From contig NOWV01000012.1 of the NCBI GenBank assembly GCA_003344405.1, positions 372,001-436,000 on the forward strand: DNA of 64,000 nucleotides, read 5' to 3'. Origin of the DNA: Trichoplax sp. H2. Lineage: Eukaryota. Below are positions 1 through 15,000 of this stretch, one piece after another (position 1 is the first letter of the stretch; each line of letters begins with the position of its first letter). The notes under the pieces were generated by a model, which was not told the DNA's origin, searched no databases, and saw only the letters and a program-made list of their open reading frames with translations. The position numbers and the translations under genes were made by a program.

Positions 1-3000
1 TATACGTTTAGCTGGAATTGGCGATTTTTGTGAGCGTACCATAGAGAGATCAAACAATTTTAAAAACTGCGCTAGTGATGTTTGATACATGACATTTACC
101 ATTGACATTTCTACAATTAAGAAATATAAGATGCTTCCACGTGTTGCTACTGGGCGATACTCCTCACGTGCAATATTAATTTTAGTTTCTGTTTCTGCTG
201 CTACAGCTAATTTATCGCGTACTTCTTCAGCTGTTTTCTTAGTATTAGCCAAGACAGCGATTAATGATTCATCATCGACCAAAGATCCTTCAGTGCTGGT
301 TAGCCGTAGTAAAAGGTTATCTTCCAAATCCTTTATTTTACGCCTATTAAACGTAACTTCTTCGATCAATTTTGTACGCTCCAGTTCTAATTCCTAAATA
401 TCATCCGAATAGAAAGTGAATGTGTATATCAAAATCGTGCAATATTGATTAAAAGCTTAACATATTCATATTCGTGTACGCGTATACATTTATACAATAT
501 GTGCTAGCTATATATTTGTATAAATTAAGTATTGGTGTATTCAGAGTGATTCTGTACCTTCTTCTCAGTTTGTATAACACGACCAAGCAATTGTCCTTCT
601 AAGCCTTTCATCGTAACAGTGAAATCGATAATAGATGTTCTAGCACTTATTTCGGGGGTATATGCTGGATTGGGTAACTTGGTGGTAATATATAATCGGA
701 AACCTTCCAAGATATCAATTTCTTTATCACCGACCTTGACTTTTAATGTTTTACCGATTTTGATAAAGTTCTTTTCTAAGACATTATCCAAGGCTGGATC
801 GAGTTCTTCGTTAATGTCCTCAATCAATAATGGCCGACCTAAGGATAAACAATCTTCTAAATGCGCTCTGAAGTACTTATGATTTAATGAGGTCACTTGT
901 AACTCATTGGGTGCTTCTCTATTTTTAATCCAAACTTTGCCTTGGCCCTGTGGATCGATAAGCAAGGGAAATCGTGACGCTTTGGTAGCTATTAGACCAT
1001 TCTCGATGGATAATTCATCATTTGGTAAACCTTGTAGATTCCACTCACCAATTGTAGCACTATCTGTTAGCATAGTTACTAAATCGAGATCTTCGGTGAA
1101 TGGGATTTTTTGACGTCTCATTTCTTTCTTCCATACATTAGATAAGTAAGAGCGAAATTCTTGGTTAAATGGACCAGAGTAGGATAAGAAACCGGTAGCT
1201 AATAAAACATCGCCAACAAGTCTGTTAGTTTGTTCTTCAAACATTTTACTCTGTTCTGTCCATCGTATCTTTTCTCCACCTAATCCATCAATTAAAGTTG
1301 TAGCATTATTCATTTTGCGCCTACAAGTTTCTGCATCATTAATTAGATTCTGCTTTTCAGTTACAGCTGCTTCATATTGCTTTTGAACGGCATCTAATTC
1401 AGCTTGCTTTTCGTCGAACTGATTCTGAGCCTTAGTTAAATTTCCATTCGCTTGATTTAATCTCGCTTCTTGCACCATTAGGTTAGCTTTGAGTGGCAAT
1501 ACTTCTTTATTAACAGCATAAAATGCACACATTGCCTTAGTCCACGATAGCAAACCTGCAACATCACCACAAGCTTTCTTAGCTGTATCTATATTGTAAT
1601 CTTCGTTTGCAAAATAGATTTCCAATAATTCTACAGTTTCATCATTAATGGAATCTTTCTGAAATTGAACCAAGGATTGTAAAAATCCACTATTATTCAT
1701 CATTCTTAATGCTTCACCCCATGATGGCTTAATAGTCGGCTTTTCTGGATCAGGTTGAGTAGGATCAAGCCGTTTATTAAATAGTAATAAGACACAATCC
1801 ATAATTCTCATAATTAAATGAGGCGGCTTGGCTAATTTACGTACGGTAGCAATATGCTGTGCTTTAATAGTTTGCAATGCGGCTTCAGCTTCTTCGAGCG
1901 CTGGTTTAGCTGCTTCAAGGCGTTCCTCAGCTGCAGCTTTGTCGACAGCAATTTCATCTACAATAGCTTGTGCTTTCTCTTTTACTTTCAGAACTTGTTG
2001 TTTAACCTTTTCAGCCGCATGTGCTTTAGCTGTAACCTCTTTTAGTACAACATCCGCTTTATCAGAAGCAATTTCTAATTCTTTCTCTTTAATAATCAGT
2101 TCTTCAGATAGCCGATTAACTGATTGCGTTGCTTCTACTAACTTATCTAAACCTGTTCTCATTCGTTCAGCAAGTAGACCAATGGATTCCTTTTGATTAC
2201 GATATATTAATTTATAACCGTTGATGAAGGATAGATAAGATTTGGGTGTAACATGAGCTTGTCTGCGAAATCTCTCAAAGTAGTTTACACAAGCTTCAGA
2301 TACTCTATCTTGGAATGTACCCATGGTGCCAATAACACTTTGTTTCACTTTATCACTACATATAATTGGATAAGACGAGATAAAATGTTGTGCAACAGCA
2401 ATTAGAGCATCTTTAGGCCATCGGCTAAACCAATCCATTGTACATCCGCTAAATAATGCAGGAAATTTAAGTGCACGATTACGAAATTTCTCACCAACTG
2501 GTGAAAAACAGAGTACGACATGTAAATTATTTCTGACACGGGTTAAAAAGTAATCGTATAGATTTTCCAAGGTAGGTAATCGACGAGGATATTCAGCTTT
2601 CATGACTGGAATCAATTCTTGAGTAATTTCATCAATTTCATCGCGTGCAAATAGATTGGAAACTTCTCCTGATGCTAAAACGTTATTTAGGTATTCTAAA
2701 AATGATTCATCCTTAATTTCATTATCGGTAAAAATAAATGTTACACCTGAGCCTTGCAAGCCAGCGTTGCGGTATAAAATTTTTAAATCATCTAATAGAT
2801 TCGTTACTGAATAAGATCTTGTCAAGGTAATTTGAAATATTTGATAGCCTGCAATAAAGGTCGCTAAACGTGTTAGGCTTTGCTTACCAGAGCCTCCAAC
2901 TCCAACAAGGAGGCAATTGCCATGTGGTAGGCGAATAATGCGGGATATTCGCATCAAGTGAATCATAGCATCTTTGAAAAAGACAAGATCTAAAGCAGCA

Positions 3001-6000
3001 CCGCGAATAGCCTCATTATAAGACATTAAGTAATGGATAAGTCGATCCGATAATTGCTCGAAACTTTCGATTGGTTCATAAATTTTAGGTGTTTCAAAAT
3101 CGGAATCATCTACTTCATCACCTGTAACTTCAGGAGCATCGCGTAAGAAATCGACGAAGTAGTGCTCTTCGTTAACCAAGTTAAGGTAGCTTTCTCCAAA
3201 ATCATTCTCTACAACAGTATTTAATGCTCGTTGAAACCAATCCACATCTGATTTGGATACAAATCGATCGGCAATAACACGTAGACATTCGTGCTTCCAT
3301 AATGTAAAGAGATTTTTTGGATGGTTGATGACATCAGATGTTGCAGCTAACATTCCTTGCCAAATTCGTGATAAATCTCGCAAATTGAAAACATAATGAA
3401 ATTTAGCTGGTGTAGGCAACATTTTCACTTTGGTTTTTTGCCATAATCGACGCGTTGCAGACGCTAATGATTCAATTAGAGATGTGATAGCCTGATTAAA
3501 GCCTCTCCCTGCACAAAAGTATCCTTCACCAATGGTTCTAAATATTTTATCAATAGAAGCATCCGATGGTAAAGTGCAATTAAATATAGCAAATTGTCGC
3601 TTTAGTCGGCTAGGAATATCGTTACGACCACCACCAGGTTGTATCATAGCCGCAATAAATTGAAGGTCAGCAATATTTGTAAAATCACCCGGTTTTTCTA
3701 AATTATAAAATCCTTTCATTTCCATTAATTGACGGACAATCTCATTAGTTACCTGGTCTCCCCATTCATTGATGGTCGGCATGTTAATATCATCGACAAA
3801 AACTGTCATTTTCTTACCAGCTGGAGGCCCAAATGTGCTACCCATACGTTTATCAACGTAGCTTTCGATAGATCTCTGGAAAAGTATAGGCGTGGATGCT
3901 GATGAGAAATTTAAACTTTTGACTAAGTGCCTTTCTGGATCATAATTAGCCATGTATTTTTTAATCATAACAGTTTTAGCTGTACCCTGTTCACCGATCA
4001 ATAACACAGCTTTATGTTGTTTAGCAATGGTATCAATTAAGAAATTAGTTCGAACGTTATCGACATTGGGTACAAGGATGGATGAATATTCCGGTGTTGA
4101 ATCTGTAGGGTAGAAATAATTAGGAACTTTTTCAGACCAGTGTATCCATTCTCCTTTCTCATTGACAAGGTACTCAAATATAGTATCTTCACTGGATTGC
4201 AAATCAGGTAAATTCTGCACATTTCGGTTGATAAGAAAATCTTGTAATTTTCTTCTATCATCTAATTCAATTAAAGCTCCCAAGCTCCACATTAATGCAA
4301 ATATAAACAACCTATCTAGGTAAGCTTCATCGAATTCTTTTGCATTATCGTCATTACTGGAAATTAAACCTTCCAGTAAACTTATCGCTTGAGCAATATA
4401 ATTGCATTCTAGCACATCCATTTTACTATGTAATTCTCGAACTACAAAGTTATATGCATCATCGAATAGACCTTCAAATAAAACGGTTAATTTCTGAGCT
4501 TGATTGACAGGTCTTCTTTTTAGCCAACTTTGCAATATTGGGCGCCAATCTAATACTGATGAGCTCATATATACCATACCATTTCTAGAAACAGTAGCAG
4601 GTGATGCATTATCAATATTATGCGGCTCAAAAATGATTTTACATGTTGAGGACATGGGTATACGATCACCGTTAGCTAACGTTAAAGTTTTATTATCATC
4701 CAGGACACTATTTAAATTTTCAATCCAGATGGCATCAACTGGGCCATCCAAAACGATCCAGATATGTTCTCCCTTCTTGGTTTTAAGTGTTTTCCGCCAT
4801 AAAGCAGAAAATACTCCATCTGTCCAATCATTAGTCGATACATCTAATTTACCAAACATTTCCGATGCGGTAATAGCTTTGGGATTCATTCTCATTTCAC
4901 GATGTGGTATACCAATATCGGTCATAGCTTTCATTAACGTTTGTATACAGGTAGTTTTACCAGCCCCACTAGGTCCTAATGCCATCATACCATGGCGAAC
5001 ACGCTGAGTTTCATATAACTGAATTAATTTCAACACCCATGGTGGATGATATATTAGACCAGCATCTTCAGCTTGTTTACAAATTGCACCTTCTAACTCG
5101 GGATATCCAGCCTTTTCAAGTTGGATACCGGGGAATAGATCATCGATCAAACTCAAGAAAAGGGGTTCGTCTTCATCAACAAGTTTGCTTAAATTCATGT
5201 CTCTTAGAACACGCATCATAATTGTACTTTCACTGTCATCAGGATGGGATCGCTTTGCTGCACCAAGAGTACGCAGAACGGATAATATATTTCGAAGACC
5301 GAAATCGTAATGCACCTGCTTGGTAAGCTGCTCTTCGCAAAGTTTATACAAGATGAAAAATTTACGAGCTAGAATTTGATTGTTTTGAAATCCACAACTA
5401 GCTAACTTGACTCGAATAATAATTTGCCGGTCAGGTACCATCATCGCAACTGTTCTAAATTGTATTTTTAAATTTTCAGGAAGTTCTTGCCTTCCTGCAT
5501 AGCCAGGATTCATGGTTAAGAATAATCCAAATTCTGGATTAAGATCAACAACATCACCATCAGTGAATATAAACTGTCTTTTCCTTTCTTTTTTACATGT
5601 TAACACAACAGCAATTTGTTGGGCTGCTACAGATAGTACTGGTAATTCAATACGATTAAATTCATCGAAACAACCCCAACTTCCTGATTGTGCTAATCCC
5701 TTATAGATACGGCCCAAACCTCTATAGTCCATTTGATCGGAGCAATTAAAAACAACAACATATTTGCCAAGTGCTTTTCCCATATCTTTCACAGTTTCTG
5801 TTTTTCCTGTACCAGCAGGGCCAGCAGGTGCTCCACCCATAGCCATGCCAAGAGCTTGCGCTAGCGTAATATAACATCTATCAGTTAACGGAGTTACAAC
5901 AAGGCGTTCACAGCATCCTAGAAATTCATTCTGATATGTAAAGTCGACATCAGTAATCGAAATGATACACTGATCTGAGTCTTCACGGAAATAAAATCGT

Positions 6001-9000
6001 GATTGCTTCAACCATTCGAAATCTGTTGGTGATCGGATATGCATACGAACCTACAATAAAATTAAATTAACGGCGTCAGAAAAGAGATGTATTATATACT
6101 TTATGCCTATAGCTTACAATCTATTACTTGTAAGTATGAATACTTACTAAATCATCGAAGATATCCCTCTGATGGACATGAATAGTGATTAGAGTTTCAT
6201 ATTTGACACGTTTAGACTTTGGCAATTCTTTCGTTGTAACTTCAATTAGACCGTTCAAGATTTCTTGAAAGTGTTGGTTTGTATGAGACATGATCTATTA
6301 TCGTATAAGAGAAATTAAAAAATTGAAGTTATTTTTTCAAGATAATCTAAAACGTTATCATATTAAATCGTTGCTCGATGTAAGAAATTTAACCTTTTTA
6401 TCATATTTGGCATTATGTAAAGCTTCCTCACTGTCTCGAGTCCATATCATTTGCAGACCTAGTAATCCAACCTAAGATGGATACTAATATTTAGCAAGGA
6501 TAAATCTAAATAATTTAATAACATAATTTACAATGATCACCATACCTGTGCAGGGTATGTATCTAAGAAATCAACCAAATTAAATGGTTGATCTTGTATC
6601 GCCAAAGCTGCCATTCGAATAATGAGATGTAAGGATTTCTGAGCGGCATTAAGCAAGGCCCCCAACCATACTTCGACATTCCCTTGGGCCATAACAGGTT
6701 TTTCTAATTCGATTGTTTCGCCTTCCTTTGAATTAACTGCAATAATTCTATCATATTCTTTATCGTGGAAGGTCGCGGTTTTGATATTATCGAATATTCC
6801 CAAAAGATGTGACTAAATTGTCCAAGTAGTAAAGATTGAAAGCGTGATTAATTTAGGTTTACTATATAACATATTGCGATATTTTCCTATAAAATGGTAA
6901 TTACCAATCTATTTGTAATACTTAGATCATTACCTGAATAGTATGCGAATCGCTAGCCTGTCCTAGTATCTCCAACAAAGCAGGGTCAGAAACAAAGAAA
7001 AATCTTGGGAATACTAAACGTTTCTTTTCAAGGTATCTAAATTAAATTTGGCAGATATAACGATGTGTTAAAAACATCAGTATTTCTAGAGAGGAAATTA
7101 AAAATTGAATATGTTATTTGTACCCGCTAAGGGATTTTTGACACATTTCAAGTTGTTCAAGTAAATGAGGCAAAAGTTGGCAAAGCATATCATCTCCCAC
7201 GCAACATTGTACGACATTATCGATTTCATGAGCTCGGAGCATGATCTTGACCCAGGATTTATCAATATTGTTAAATCGTTTAGCTTCCTAATATTAAAAA
7301 TGAATAAAAACCAATCCATTGTGATACTCTAATCCGATTTCATTTGATGGATTCCGATTAGATCATTGTATTCCTTACAAACCTGAGGCAACTGCTTAGC
7401 AATATCGCCACCGACGAATACGGCTTCTAAGTAAATCCATAAATTCTGCACAGCTAGCCAGCTTTCAATAATTTCAGTCGTACCGGATAATTTTTGAACC
7501 CATTGTTGAATAGAAGATTTGAAAGGAGCATTATATCTAGAATAGTAAAAATATTAATCAGTATGTACTCCATAATTGTGTTATCTACTAAAACATAATT
7601 CGGAGTAGTGCATATACGCGTATATTATATTATAGCTATATCCTGTTTTAACTAAAGTACGATACCTGTTACTCATTAGAGAGCCAAGAATCATAAGGCT
7701 ATCTTCCATAAGAGACACAGTCTCAGCAGTATCTGCGCCTTTTAATAGTAAATCACCACGATTTTTAAATGTTGCAAAAGCAAAGACTTGTGTTTGCCAA
7801 TCATTCACAACAGATTTCAATTTAGCTTCAATATCGCGCTCTTTCACGGCGGAAATGCATATATCCTGTTGATGCAGCAAATTGAGGGAAAGGCCAAGAA
7901 AGTTTTATAAACCAAGACGACTTTGACCATCATCGCTAACACTTTAGATATGAGAATGCACTTACCTCGATATCTTCCTTGCATTCGAGTAATGGAGCTT
8001 CCATGAGAGTTCTTAAGGTAAAAGAATCCGATTCAACATCTAAGATACATTTCGTTAACTCAGCAATTCTTTGCCAATGACGTGCTTTCATTGCTTTATG
8101 CGACATCATTTCCAGAAGAGGACATGTCTCATTAAAATCATCAATTTTCTTCTTAAGATCATTATACGCCTGCCACTCTTTTAAAGCTTTAGGTAATTTC
8201 CGACATCTATGAATATCAAAAATAGAACTTGATATCGTATGGGAAATACACGGTACATTTATTTAAATTTATTCAATACCGCTAAGCGAACTTTCTTTAA
8301 ACATCATGCTTATATATTTAGCTTGGATTATTAATTTATTTACATTAGATACTGTACCTGCTCTGAAATTCCTGTAATTCTCCATTAATTTTTTGAATAT
8401 CCACGTCAGTCCAGAGTAGATCATAATAGCCATTAACACGATCGATGACAGCATTATACAAGCTATATAACTTCTGTAAAAGATTTAATTCGCGTTTTAC
8501 ACGCTGTAAATTTGGATACTCTGTAACGGGTAGGCCAAACAATTGCTCTCCTTCTGAGTATGTGGTGTATTTGCTCCATAAATCATCAAATCTTGCTTGA
8601 AAGATTGTTAATCGTTCACTAGCATCGGTTGGTGGAATACTATGTACCATTGGGCCTCTGTTATGATGTTAGCCAATTTCATATGAGAATATAAGATATC
8701 ATTTTATGTTAAAAGGAATTTATGATTACGTTAATGCAGTTACTAGATTACCTTTCATCATATTCTGTAACGTAGTTCTCCAGAGTTACTGAAAAATTCT
8801 TTACAGATGTTAATAAGTTTGCTTTAAAATCTGGTTCTATTTTGAGGAGAGTTGCTTGTACTGAATTGGCCTATAGAAAACAAACAGTCATCACGCTTTA
8901 TTCGAAATATTCTTTATTTGATTACATAGCATAAGAAATAGGAATACTGACCTGAGCATTTAATTTCTTCCAGCTATAGTTAAGGGTATCCACTCTTTCT

Positions 9001-12000
9001 GCATCGCTTCCAGAGAACGTCATATTAAATCGGTTGAGCAAAGCGAAAGACTCTTCAATAGGGCTGATAGTCATATCGATCCTTTTGAAAAATAATTACA
9101 AATGTTGATTTTATTTGCAAATCTTTCAACTGAAATCTATTTCAATTTAAAATATTGTCATGCTTCATGCCTGTTCCACTTTACGTCAATTTAAACTAAG
9201 AATACAGTTTCCAAACCTTATTTCAGCTTCACGGATTTCCATCAAAGCAGCCATGCTACCACGCACATCATCAAGATCTTTAATAGGTCTACTTAAACGC
9301 TTTGCCATATTCTCTATAAAAGAGAATATTAACTCCATATCGGCGCTTGCCTGAAAAGTTGCAGAATGAAATAGAGCTCATGACTATTCAGATGCAATAA
9401 CTAATTTCACGCTGCAGCAATTGACAATACCTTATGATTAAGAGCACGGCCGAAAGCTTTCTTCCAGGACGATGTTTCCGCTTTTAACGATTTCTTGAGA
9501 AGTTCTGTCGTAAATACTACTGATCCAACACGATAACTTGTAGGTAGGGAATCTATCATTTCTTCCATTTTCTAGAATAGGTTTAAATAAGAATAAAAGA
9601 GGAATAAAAAAATCAATTAAACATCATGACAAGTATCAAATAAACTATCTGACTTACTTCATATCTGCGAATTTGATTTTCAAATTCCGACAATGTTGGT
9701 GAATTCTGCATGAATAATCTAACCCGTTCATTAGGATCCTATACAAATAGTCATAGAAACATTAAAGTTGGCCTGATCTTGTCCTCTTTAGCTACGATGG
9801 TAATATAAATAGTTGCAGTCATTTTTGTGCTTTGCTACCTCGCTCCATAATTCCGAGAAATGAGAAAGTTCTTTCACAACTTCTTGAACGTTTAATTTAG
9901 AGGTGTTTATAATCGTATTCAAGGTAATAATGACTTTAACAATGTCTCTATGCTCGGAAATAATCTTGTAATATTGCTGTTGATTCAGATTCGATGATAC
10001 AACGGGCAAATTAAGCGCACGACTTTCATCAGCTTGTGCTAAAACTAACGATAACTCGCCAGAAAGGACTTGCTGTTTCCAGATAGGAATATTCTTATAA
10101 ATATAAGTAAAGAACGATTAATACTCTAATCAAGTAAGCCTTGTTTTAATCCACATTAAATTTTCCACATCTAAGATAAAAAGAATGGATCATCATAATA
10201 TTCCTAAGGGTATCTACCTGTGACATTTTAACGACTGTTTGTACAGCTTTGTTTAAATATTGCTGGATATCATCCAAGCTTGGTTTCATGATGATAGAAG
10301 GCAACGCTAAGACAATGTTGGACTACAAAGTAATCACTAAGTTAACTTGGGAAGAACTTTGGACTTATACACCTACACATAATCACTTAATACACTCAAT
10401 CTTACCTTAAATAATGGCAATTTAATATCCCCTGGTCGTGTATTATTGTCTTTAGAGTTATACTTATTAGAGCTTTGTATTCTTCGTTTTATAGAATCTA
10501 GGGATAATCTTGTACCTATTCAATCAACATAATAGCCATAACTGTAAGAGTCTATAATTCAACGCTTTTAGCTTCGTTCTATACATTGGCTAACATACAT
10601 TTAACCAAAGCATCTATATTCCGCTGGTTGAAATATCCATAAAGAGGAAGACAACATGAAGGCAATGTATATGAAGCCGTTGGTTTAATCTTGTTCTCTT
10701 GGTTCGAGGCTTCATAGGATAGCTATGTAAAGATCATAATCAGAATGGATTTTGCAATTTTATTCATAGCAAAAACTAGCAAATTTTAAATGATGTCAAA
10801 ATCTATAATTACTTCTAGATTTTCTTGCTCTATTGGTTTCATACGGCTCCATAATGTATCAATAAGCTCTAAAACCGATGATTCTACTAGCTGACTCTGC
10901 CTATATTCATCAGTAAAGCAATTACAAGATTAAGTAAAAGAGATCAATAGTTACTATTTGATTTTAACGGTTTCATACCTTGTTAAGTATTCACAAGCTT
11001 CTTCACAAGATTTTTCCGTATGCTCAATGAAATCAGTAACCGTTGCTGGTTCATCAGATAGATCACATAATGGAGTCAAGCTCATACTTTCTAACACTTT
11101 TTCAATCCTGACTTCTAATATATCTGATATCTAGAGTTATTTGGATAAGAATTCTACAGTCAACAGTGATAAAATTAAAACAGAAAACTACAGTAACTAT
11201 TACCAACGTTGATATCATCCAAGGGGACTATTTTACTACTAGCAAACACCTGATTCTGCTGGCTTTCGTTTATTACAGATAGTATATGCGTGTAAGAGAA
11301 ATATTAGCCTATTACTAGAAAATGTCTAATTCTGTCAGCTTTCCTTAATTACAGAGAATATTCAAGAGATTTTACTGCACAGAATGTATCACTTCATTCC
11401 AGAAATATTACTGATTACAGGTACTATTTTTACTGTACTATGGGTAGAAAAGTATTCGTCGTACGAGCTTTTCATTAACTCGTTGTAAATATTATTTAAG
11501 AAATTAATTTTAATTTTTATGGTGTGTACCTGCTTTACTAGTTTTCTTAAGAAGTTCAAAGCTAGATAGATATTGTCAATGTCTATGTAAATTGGAAGAA
11601 GATTGGATAAGTTTTAAATTCAAAGAATAGACAAATGACCTAATTGAATTTAGTTTAAAAGACATACAAGAATCGATATTAAGGGATGTCCAAGTAAGCA
11701 TGGTCAATCCAGGTCCTATAGCGTCGTCAACACGATTTACGAAAGGATCTATTAATGATCTTACAATTTCCGGAATAGATTTAACTGTTTTATGATATTC
11801 TCCTAGGACTTGATGCAATCTATGTTTATTTGTTGACAGAAATTAAATTATTAAGAAAATTTGAAAATTGATCATGCTAAGAATGAATTAAACGACTGTA
11901 CCGATCGTAAACTGCCTTGATTCTATCTTCATTTAAGCATAGAACTTGTGCCGATTCCGGAATCTAGATTAATTGGAATTAGGGTAATTAAGATTTTTCA

Positions 12001-15000
12001 AGTCATATCGCGTATAACCCTTTAATGTATCCTTGAAAAAAGATTATACCTCTAAGCTTAGTCGTCGTAAAGCTTTTGCTTCTGTCACTAGCTCCAATAC
12101 TTGAGGATCAAAGTTAACAAATAGAGTCTAAAGTGCAATGATCGCAATATTATCAGTGAGAAGTTTTTATGCTCAGTAAGCTATCGACGTATTAATAGTA
12201 TACCTTGTTTTCTGGATGCTTTATGAGGAGCGTTGCTTGCAAACCGGATTTGGCAGCATCTACTGCTCTAAACCATCCGCGATGATATAACAACTGCACA
12301 AATTGTTCCGTAATAAATAAACAAGACATTAGCCTTTCTACAATATCATTTTTAATGTAGTAAAGCATGCAGAATGCAAAAAAAAACGGTAAATTACCTC
12401 AAATTCCATTAGCACAGAAGCCAATTTATTAAAATTACGTATAATTCTTCGCGCTTCGTCGGTCTACGGCAAATAAAAAACATTATTAGTCAGCAATAGT
12501 ATGGGAAGAAACGAGCAAAGTACTCGTCTTTAGTATGGTATATAATTTCCCAAAAACCTTTAAAATATTTGGCTTTGTCTTGAACACTTTCATCGGTTCA
12601 TCAATTCGGCGAAATAGTTGGCGCACCCATGTTATTTTTCCTGCAATCTGTGAAGATCCAATTTCATATATGAAAGTGTTTAGAAAAAGTGAGTTAATAT
12701 CATTAGCTTGTGTAACTGTTAAAATAAAAAAATTCAGTTTCAAGTACTAGAAAGAGTAAATTGAAATATTATTAGTCGGACTAATTCTCTTTACAAGGGG
12801 AAGACGTAATTTCAATTCATAGAAAGACAAACTAGACGTTATTAGACTCTTCGACACTTTCCCAAAGTGTAAATTATTTTTAGGTGATAGAATGAGTAAG
12901 TTTCCTTTCTGGTGATTGAAAGGATAAACTAGGTGTTTATAATTTGTTTAACATTTTACTATTATTAGATTTAATTTCAGGTAGCAGAAAGAGTAATTAG
13001 GATGCCATCTGTTGAATTAAGCTTTCTCACTAAGAATAGTTTTTAAGTCATAAAAAAAGATAATCGGCTTTTCACTAGCCTTTCCAACTTTCTTACCGGA
13101 GGTAAATTGCGAGCTATGGGGGGATCTTGTTTAAATTTCTGATAGATTTTACGAGTTATCTCCAAATCCCTAAAATAATCATAAATCCATTTAATGAAAA
13201 TTAAGCACAACAACTAATTTAGTGAAGAATGTAAACTAAAAATGAGCTGCTACTAACCTGCCGTAATTAAATAAAACATTGGTATATTTTTCCGTCAAGT
13301 CAAGATTGGAGTTTCCAATTTTTTCAAATTTTTGCAATAGTTCTAGCGCTTGAGGAGTGGATAAACCTCGATCAAACCACGAATCAAGAAATGCTTGCAA
13401 TTGGCCATTGAGGACTTCAATTTGCCTTTTAAATTCCTCATAATCGGTATCAAATTCTCCTTTGCGATGCTCTAAGATATCATAACTTTTCTTTTTTGTA
13501 CCAGCTACAATAGCTTGATAACGTGTAATAATATTATTAATGCCTTCAATTCGAATCTCAGTAACACCAGACAGCTCTTCCATCGATATTAACATATCAG
13601 ACAATTTCTCCAGACGTTTGCAAAATGTATCGAATTTGCCAAAAATATAATTTTCGCTGAACTCGAATTGGCGCTCACTGGAATTTTCGGCTAATTTAGC
13701 TTTGGTACGGTGAAAACATCTTTGATAAGCTTCATTCAATTCACAAGACTGCTTCAATTTTTTCAATAATAGAGGCCTAGGTTGGTCCCAAATTTTTTGC
13801 GAGCCTTCGCGAATATAACTCTTACATGTAGTTATCATTTGATTTGTAACTTTGACGAAAAGCGATGTCATACGTTCAGAAGTGTTATAATATTGAGAAT
13901 AGCTATGGATCATTCTAATCGCATTCATTAAGCTAGGGATATGTTCGATCATTTCGGTCTATAAATAAAAATACAGAATGATAGTATAAGTTATATATTT
14001 AACTAGAGGCAGGACTGATCAATACAGGAGGAATGCCTTTTAATGTGGTTATAGGTATCATTTACGCCAACATGCTTCGAGAAGATACAATTATAGAATT
14101 TACCGGAGAACATTTGGAAAGTGGAGCAAAAAATTTATCCAAGGTATAAAGATATTTAACATTATCTTTAGCTTCGTTAGCGGCATCAGTAATTCTGATA
14201 TCCTAAAAGAATATAAGAAAAATGAAAATGTTAGCGATGGAAGCAAAGAACAGAATTCTATAAACTCGATAATTAGAGGAACGTAGTTTTATTTCGACTC
14301 TATTTTTAAAGTAAATTTTCTCAACTCTAACTTACTAATTCTTTCCAGTATTTAATTGTTTTAGATTTGGCTGCTTGCAATACGCCAATAACTGTTTTAC
14401 AGTTTGCACACTTGATTTGATCCAGCAAGCTTGATTTTATAAATAAGAGAGAGATGAACGATTTTTATTTAGCTACATGTTTCAAAAAAGATAGATTGAT
14501 TTTCAGTCAAGAAATTTCATCCTCTGATATTTTATACCTGTTAAATTTGGCCATTCTTTTTCGCCAATGTTCAAGCTCCGCAGCTGGACCAATATCATCG
14601 GCTTCTTTACGCATCTATATAGTTTTTTATAGAATATGGTCATTAGTCGATAGATTACATTACAAAGTACAGCGTAAATTATTGTCTGAATCTTAGAATT
14701 AATAACTCTTAACATGTATGAATACGTTAAACATTCCTTTACGGACAACTGTTTCACTACATACTTGTTCGCTTTCTGCAAGGACTTGTTCAATCTGTTT
14801 AAACCAAATATTAACATATCCTTCCAGCTTGAATACTAGGTCGGTATTATAAGCTGATGAATTGAACAAAATAAATTTTAAATCCAATATTTAATTGATG
14901 CATAACAATATTGAGCAAGTAAATTCGCTTAATGACAGTAACTAACATTTAAATATATACAACTGATCAGTTCATGCATAAAAAATAAAGCATCAAGATT

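Noticed and set aside
89-5706. Plus-strand ORFs overlapping the dynein exons
   Set aside because: They are antisense shadows of a long coding frame and have no recognisable protein features.
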